This document shows, in pieces, positions 59,246 to 64,000 of a DNA stretch of 64,000 nucleotides. The translations under genes were made by a program, and so were the position numbers. The stretch comes from an uncultured Chloroflexia bacterium (GTDB taxonomy: Bacteria; Chloroflexota; Limnocylindria; Limnocylindrales; CSP1-4). The first letter of the stretch is position 1, and the number at the start of each line of letters is the position of its first letter. The notes under the pieces are model-generated. The model was not told the origin of the DNA, ran no database searches, and saw only the letters and a program-made list of their open reading frames with translations. Location: contig CAVQKK010000003.1 of assembly GCA_963713095.1 (NCBI GenBank), forward strand, positions 1,245,339 through 1,309,338, written 5' to 3'.

Positions 59246-59692
59246 TCAGCGCTCACTGATCGGCCACTGGCGAAAATGCGACAAGAATCCCGAAACCCGG
59301 CCGAGAGAACACACTCGCGGGGCGCGGTCAGCGCGAGTGCGCTTCCCCGTGTGGGCTACCCCGCCCCGGTCGCCGGTCGACGCACCCTTCGTGCAGTTGC
59401 ACGAGCGGCACAGCACGGACGTGTTCGCGATGTCGAACGGGGCGCCACCGGCGGCGAGCGGGACGATGTGGTCGACGGTCAGGTCCGAGGCGCGGTGGGC
59501 GGGGCAACCGTACCCGGGGCACCAGTTGCCGTGCTCACCACGCCAGGCGCGGAGCACGCGGGCGCTGAGACGTTGCCAGGCCCGCGTGCTGTACAGCGCG
59601 TTGTGCCGGCTGCGATTGGACTGGCGGGCATGCTGATTGCAGCGGCTACCCGCGCGGCTGGTGACGACACCACAGACCGTGCACAGCTTCAC
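59246..59692 (-). CDS. HNH endonuclease (intact copy)
   Basis: CTVCG...C...H N-terminal zinc knuckle; LTVDHIVPLAAGG...N...LCRSCNCTKG HNH motif. Confidence 0.8.
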   Translation of the reverse strand: MKLCTVCGVVTSRAGSRCNQHARQSNRSRHNALYSTRAWQRLSARVLRAWRGEHGNWCPGYGCPAHRASDLTVDHIVPLAAGGAPFDIANTSVLCRSCNCTKGASTGDRGGVAHTGKRTRADRAPRVCSLGRVSGFLSHFRQWPISER

Positions 59693-59760
59693 CCGCAGAT
59701 CGTTGGGCGGGCTTCCTGCGAGGTCTATTCGCTCGGGGTGCTACGCCCGGGAGGCCATGC
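59440..59760. repeat. about 300-bp dispersed repeat, copy 2 (see 51990-52300)
   Basis: manual alignment. Confidence 0.6.
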
Positions 59761-60123
59761 CGCTGGCCAATCCTGCGGTAGCCGCGGCGCGACCTACGGA
59801 AGTGGCGTGGCGCCCAGCGGCGGTGCCTCTAGGACCATCATCTCCGCGCCAATCGACCCGTCAGCGAGCCAGAACACGTTGAGGAACACCTGCTGGTCGG
59901 TCCCCGAGAAGGTGACGACCGCAGAGGTCATGCGCTGTGTGCCATCCGGCCAACTACAACACGCGGCCCGCCCGATCCCTGCACCAGCGCCCGGACGCTG
60001 GAGTGAAGCACCGAGCCCGCTGGCCCGACGCGACCGCCGCTTCGGAGGCGCAGATACCGGCGATCGCTCACCCGGTTGCGGGACTTGACGCCTCTTATCA
60101 TCGAGCGTCCGCTGGGAGGGTCG

Positions 60124-60639
60124 ATGGACACGGCACACGTGACTGAGGGAACGATCGCGCCCGAGCGCACCCGTGACCAGCTCCTCGACGACCTTTCCGT
60201 GCATGGGCCGATCCTGCTCGCCACAGCTCGCATCATTACGCTCGACGATCAGGAGGCCCAGGACCTGGTCCAGGCGACCTTCGAGATTGCCCTTCGCAAC
60301 CTCGATCAGCTATCGAAGCCGGCTGCGCTCCGCGCATGGCTCCTCCAAATCGAGACGCGGGAGGCCTTCCGCGTCGTGCGCCGCCTGCGGCGTCTCGTGA
60401 GCCTCGACGGCCACGTCCGCGAGGTCCCGGCCATGTCCGTCGATCTGGCGCAGCGGACCGACGTTCGCACTGGCCTCGACCGGCTGCCTCGACGGATCCG
60501 CGCGGCGATCGCGTTGCATTACCTCGCCGACCTCACCGTGCCCGAGACCGCGAGAGCGCTCGGTGTGACCGAGAACACGATCAAGAGTCAGATCAAGACG
60601 GGCCTGGCCCGCCTGAGGGAGGACCTTCGAGATGGCTGA
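60124..60639 (+). CDS. ECF sigma factor (second, divergent)
   Basis: region 2 (DQEAQDLVQATFEIALRN...LRAWLLQIETREAFRVVRR) and region 4 (LTVPETARALGVTENTIKSQIKTGLARL). Confidence 0.8.
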   Translation: MDTAHVTEGTIAPERTRDQLLDDLSVHGPILLATARIITLDDQEAQDLVQATFEIALRNLDQLSKPAALRAWLLQIETREAFRVVRRLRRLVSLDGHVREVPAMSVDLAQRTDVRTGLDRLPRRIRAAIALHYLADLTVPETARALGVTENTIKSQIKTGLARLREDLRDG

Positions 60640-61600
60640 TCTGTCGTCTGAGCCGGTGGTCGGTCCGGGGCTGCGCGACTATCTCGACGCGGAGCTGCGG
60701 CGAGCCGAGCGCGACTTCCCCCATCTACGGCAGCCAGCGGCTGACAGGCGAGCCCGCCGGGTCGTACTCGGACCGGTACTGGCGGCGCTCGCCGGGCTTG
60801 CGCTCGTCGCCGTGGTCGCCGTGGTCGCGATCCGGATCGCGCCGACGCCTGACACCGCGTCCGGGGGGCCTCGGAGCTCGCTGATCGTCTCGTTCACCAC
60901 GCAGACGGACGGCGCCTACGGGTACGCCATGCTGCGTCCGACCAACTGGACCCCGGGCACCGGAGACTTTCCGGATGGTCGCGACTACACGGCTCCGGGG
61001 CCGTTCGCCTGGGGCGAACAGGGCATCGTCATGCATGTCGTCAATCTCTCACTGCCCGAGGCCGCGCAGGGTTCGAGCGACCTGTGGACCATCTTCGAGC
61101 AGCACCCGACGCTCGCCGACTGGACGGCCGGCACCGAGAACCTGAGCCGGCTTGGGGGATCGACCATGACCTTGCTGCGCACGCTGCCCGAGGCGCGGAT
61201 CTACTCGGTCACCAACCCGGTCGTCACATCCCACGTCTTCCTGGCCGCCTACGCCGTCGACCAGGGCCAGCCGCTCATCGTCCACCTCGACGCGTTCGGG
61301 TCGGATGCTGATCTCGACCGCCTCGAGCAGGAAGGGCTCGTCGACGATCTCGCGACCATGGTCGCCAGCCTCCGTGCGGTCCCACCGGACGCCCTGAACG
61401 TGAGGCCCGCCTTGCCGCCGGCGAGCGTCGACCACCCCGGTCCATCGGCATCCGCGCCAGCGATCGCGACGAATCCGCCCTCGGTGGCAACGGCGACGAT
61501 CCGCACGGTTGATGTGTCGGGAATGGCGTGCGGCGGGATCGGGATCAAGGACAGCACGCTCCGGGGCGATATACGCGACCCGAGGGTGGCATTGACCTAG
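60632..61600 (+). CDS. anti-sigma-like single-pass membrane protein with large extracytoplasmic domain
   Basis: ATG overlaps the sigma stop; TM helix VLGPVLAALAGLALVAVVAVVAI; no recognisable extracytoplasmic domain. Confidence 0.5.
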   Translation: MADLSSEPVVGPGLRDYLDAELRRAERDFPHLRQPAADRRARRVVLGPVLAALAGLALVAVVAVVAIRIAPTPDTASGGPRSSLIVSFTTQTDGAYGYAMLRPTNWTPGTGDFPDGRDYTAPGPFAWGEQGIVMHVVNLSLPEAAQGSSDLWTIFEQHPTLADWTAGTENLSRLGGSTMTLLRTLPEARIYSVTNPVVTSHVFLAAYAVDQGQPLIVHLDAFGSDADLDRLEQEGLVDDLATMVASLRAVPPDALNVRPALPPASVDHPGPSASAPAIATNPPSVATATIRTVDVSGMACGGIGIKDSTLRGDIRDPRVALT

Positions 61601-61731
61601 CTCGATCTCGGGAGCTTCGGAACGATGGACCTCGTCTTTCCCAAGGGCTCCACTTCGAGGGCCGCATGCGCGAGCTGCCGGCGGGTTTTCCCGTCGTTTC
61701 AGGCGGTCGTCGCGATGCTAGCGTCCACGGC

Positions 61732-63435
61732 ATGAAGTCGATCCGCCTCACGTTCCTCGCGCTGGCGATCCTCGCCGCCTCGGCGGTCGCGGGCATCGCA
61801 GCGTACGCGGCCGGCGTCGTGGATCCTGGGTTCACGTACGGGTTCTCGCACGACGACGCCGGAAGGCAGACGCTCATGATCGCCTCCGTTCGTCCCGGCG
61901 GGCTCGCCTGGCACGAGGGCGTGGAGCCCGGGTTCATCGTCCTGAGCGTGGAGCGGGGCGTGATCGGGGTCGGGCTCGACGAGCAGGTCTACACCCCGCC
62001 CGGAGAGGTGGAGGCCCAGCAGGCCGCCGCCGCGATGGTGCCGGGGTTGGTCTTCATGGCTAAGCCGGGCGAGCTGCCGTCATCGCTCCCGCCGCACTAC
62101 CTCGGGTCGCAGACGTTCGAGCCCTGGTGGGCCATCCAACGACTCTACGCGAGCGTGCTTGCGCTCGCCGCCGCCGGCCTGCTCTGCCTCGCAGGCCTCC
62201 TCTGGCTCGGCTACCGGCGAGTCGCCCGCAAGCCCGCCCTGGGCGTTGAGGCGCCGCTCCTCGGCGGCGCGGCCTCGCCGCTGTTCCTGCTGCCCGCGTA
62301 CCTCACGCTGAACCCGCTCCTCGTCGTGCTGACGAGCGTCCTCGTGGCCGCTGCCGTCCTCGTCGCCGCCGCGGCCTTCTCCCAGCTCATCGCCACGCCC
62401 CGGGCTCGGCGCCGGGCGATGCTGGGCTCGACGGTCCTTGCCTTCGCCGCCGCCCTCGTCGGCGCGCTGGCAGTCACCGCGGGCATGGAGCGCGGCGTCG
62501 TGTCGATCCTGCGCTGGGCCCTCGCCTCCGGGGCGGTGCTTGTGCCTGCATTCGTCCTGGCGGCTCAGCTCCGGCGTGACGCCGGTCGCATGACGGGCTC
62601 GAGCCGGCTCGCGACGGTGCTCCGCGCCGGCGACATCGCCATTCTCGCGACGCTGCCCGCGGTGGCGCTGGGCCCGCTCGCGGCGCTCACCAGCACGCCG
62701 TTCCTCCAGCCGCTCGTTGTCTGGCTCATCGTCGTGGGCATCACCCGGGTCGTCGCTGTCCTGCCTGTTGCTCGCGAGGCCGCCCGGGAGGCGAGCGACC
62801 GTAGCCTGGTGCTGGACGAGGGCGAGTCGGAGCGAGCGCGGATCGCCGCGGACATCCACGACGACGTGATCCAGGACCTCTCGATGCTGGTCCACCGGCT
62901 CGATCGCGGGGGTGACGACGACGCCGCCGCCACACTGCGCGCCGCGATCGATCGGCTGCGGGCGATCTGCGCCGACCTCCGCCTGCCGGTGATCCACGAC
63001 CTCGGGCTCGCCGCCGCCCTGGAGGCGCTCGTCGGCGAGGTCCGCACCGCATCGGGGATCGACATCGACCTCCTCTACGACGGAGAGGAGCGGCTGCCGT
63101 ACGACGTCGAGCTCGGGCTCTACCGCATCGCGCAGGAAGCCGTCGCCAACGCCATCAAGCATGGCCGCCCGCCGGTCACGCTTCGGCTCAGCGCCAACTC
63201 GGGCTCGGCCGAGCTCGAGGTCGAGGACCACGGACCGGGTGTCGGTGAGAACGCCCTTGCGAGGCCGGCCAGCCCCGGCCACCTCGGGTTTCTCACCATG
63301 ACGCAGCGCGCCTCGAAGCTCGGGGCCGAACTGACCGTCGCCGATCGACCCGAGGGCGGGACGCGCGTCCGCGTCGTCTGGTCCGGCGGTGCCGACAGTC
63401 CGCCGGCCGAGGGCGCTTGGGCCACGGGGACATGA
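61732..63435 (+). CDS. NarL-type sensor histidine kinase (HisKA_3 plus HATPase_c) with N-terminal signal anchor, extracytoplasmic domain and about 6 TM helices
   Basis: H-box ERARIAADIHDDVIQDL; ATPase motifs LYRIAQEAVANAIKHG, DHGPGVG, GHLGFLTM. Confidence 0.85.
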   Translation: MKSIRLTFLALAILAASAVAGIAAYAAGVVDPGFTYGFSHDDAGRQTLMIASVRPGGLAWHEGVEPGFIVLSVERGVIGVGLDEQVYTPPGEVEAQQAAAAMVPGLVFMAKPGELPSSLPPHYLGSQTFEPWWAIQRLYASVLALAAAGLLCLAGLLWLGYRRVARKPALGVEAPLLGGAASPLFLLPAYLTLNPLLVVLTSVLVAAAVLVAAAAFSQLIATPRARRRAMLGSTVLAFAAALVGALAVTAGMERGVVSILRWALASGAVLVPAFVLAAQLRRDAGRMTGSSRLATVLRAGDIAILATLPAVALGPLAALTSTPFLQPLVVWLIVVGITRVVAVLPVAREAAREASDRSLVLDEGESERARIAADIHDDVIQDLSMLVHRLDRGGDDDAAATLRAAIDRLRAICADLRLPVIHDLGLAAALEALVGEVRTASGIDIDLLYDGEERLPYDVELGLYRIAQEAVANAIKHGRPPVTLRLSANSGSAELEVEDHGPGVGENALARPASPGHLGFLTMTQRASKLGAELTVADRPEGGTRVRVVWSGGADSPPAEGAWATGT

Positions 63436-64000
63436 CGGCCACGCCTCGCCCGATCCGCGTGGCGATCGTGGATGACCACCCCGTGGTCCGCGACGGCATG
63501 GCGGCGTTGCTCAGGGAGTACCCGGGGATCGAGATCGCGGGCACGGCGGCATCGCTCGATCTCGCCGAGCCGCTCCTCGACCCCGCTCTCGTGGACGTGC
63601 TGCTCCTGGACATCCGCCTCGGGGAGGAGACCGGGTTCCAGCTCCTGGAGCGCCATCGCGACGCCGCCGGGCGGCCGGCCGTCGTTGTGCTCACCGCGTT
63701 CGCGCAGGCCGAGTATGCGGCAGCGGCATACCGGCTCGGCGCCGCCTCGCTCGTGCTCAAGACCGCGCCGTTGCCAGAGCTCGTGGACGCGATCCGGAAG
63801 GCGGCCGCCCGAGAGCCCTCGAGCAGAGCCCGCGATCTGGCGGCATTCGATCCGACGCTCACGAGCCGTGAACAGGAGATCGTTCGGTACGTCGTCGAGG
63901 GTCGGACGAACGACGAGATCGGCGTGGCGCTGTCAATCGCGACAAAGAGCGTGGAGGGCCACCTTCGGCGGGCGTTCGAGCGCCTGGGCGTCGAGTCGCG
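63432..64000 (+). CDS. NarL/LuxR-family response regulator (3' end beyond window)
   Basis: receiver domain IRVAIVDDHPVVRDG...VLLLDIRLGEE; ATG overlaps the kinase stop; C-terminal LuxR HTH starts (LTSREQEIVRYVVEGRTNDEIG). Confidence 0.85.
   Translation, partial: MTATPRPIRVAIVDDHPVVRDGMAALLREYPGIEIAGTAASLDLAEPLLDPALVDVLLLDIRLGEETGFQLLERHRDAAGRPAVVVLTAFAQAEYAAAAYRLGAASLVLKTAPLPELVDAIRKAAAREPSSRARDLAAFDPTLTSREQEIVRYVVEGRTNDEIGVALSIATKSVEGHLRRAFERLGVES

Overview
High-GC (about 70%) chromosomal segment with Terrabacteria-type housekeeping synteny (Actinobacteria- or Chloroflexi-like). Read left to right it is: HAD hydrolase-dhaL-dhaK, comF, hpf, nfo, a GT39-like membrane glycosyltransferase, an XRE regulator, an MprF-TM-like membrane protein, a PHP phosphoesterase. 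Then a long minus-strand block runs prfA / GDE-like glucosidase / prmC / Cof hydrolase / tsaC / DUF360-alkaline-phosphatase-family membrane protein / glyA / wecA-like GT4 / atpZ-atpBEFHAGDC / murA / mreB. The middle of the window holds: DUF1385, a NsrR-like Rrf2 regulator, a nitrilase, a Tat-exported copper nitrite reductase (nirK), a family III CoA-transferase, ybaK, a repeat-containing lipoprotein, a PIG-L deacetylase, capA, tRNA-Asp, threonine aldolase, a HisA-like barrel, two cyclophilins, acetoacetyl-CoA synthetase, flavodoxin, and an orphan excisionase-type HTH plus a PIN remnant. From tRNA-Arg(CCG) at 48591 to the window end the sequence is accessory. A large serine recombinase gene overlaps the tRNA 3' end, and an imperfect direct repeat of the tRNA 3' end plus about 60 bp lies at 57327. 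Between them are decayed replication genes (ParB-like/DUF3631), HNH endonuclease copies, an endolysin-holin cassette and small LuxR-type regulators. A second, apparently older element remnant follows (DUF4238-like fragment, Fic protein, intact HNH). Both elements carry the same module order HNH(-) then ECF sigma/anti-sigma(+); the second is followed by a NarL-type two-component pair. Other features: three in-frame tandem nucleotide repeat arrays within 1.7 kb (CoA-transferase and a (MAPES)x8 lipoprotein), and a structured low-GC intergenic region with a strong intrinsic terminator upstream of the acetoacetyl-CoA synthetase gene. Many long ORFs in the six-frame track are antisense shadows of real genes caused by the high GC content and are not reported.
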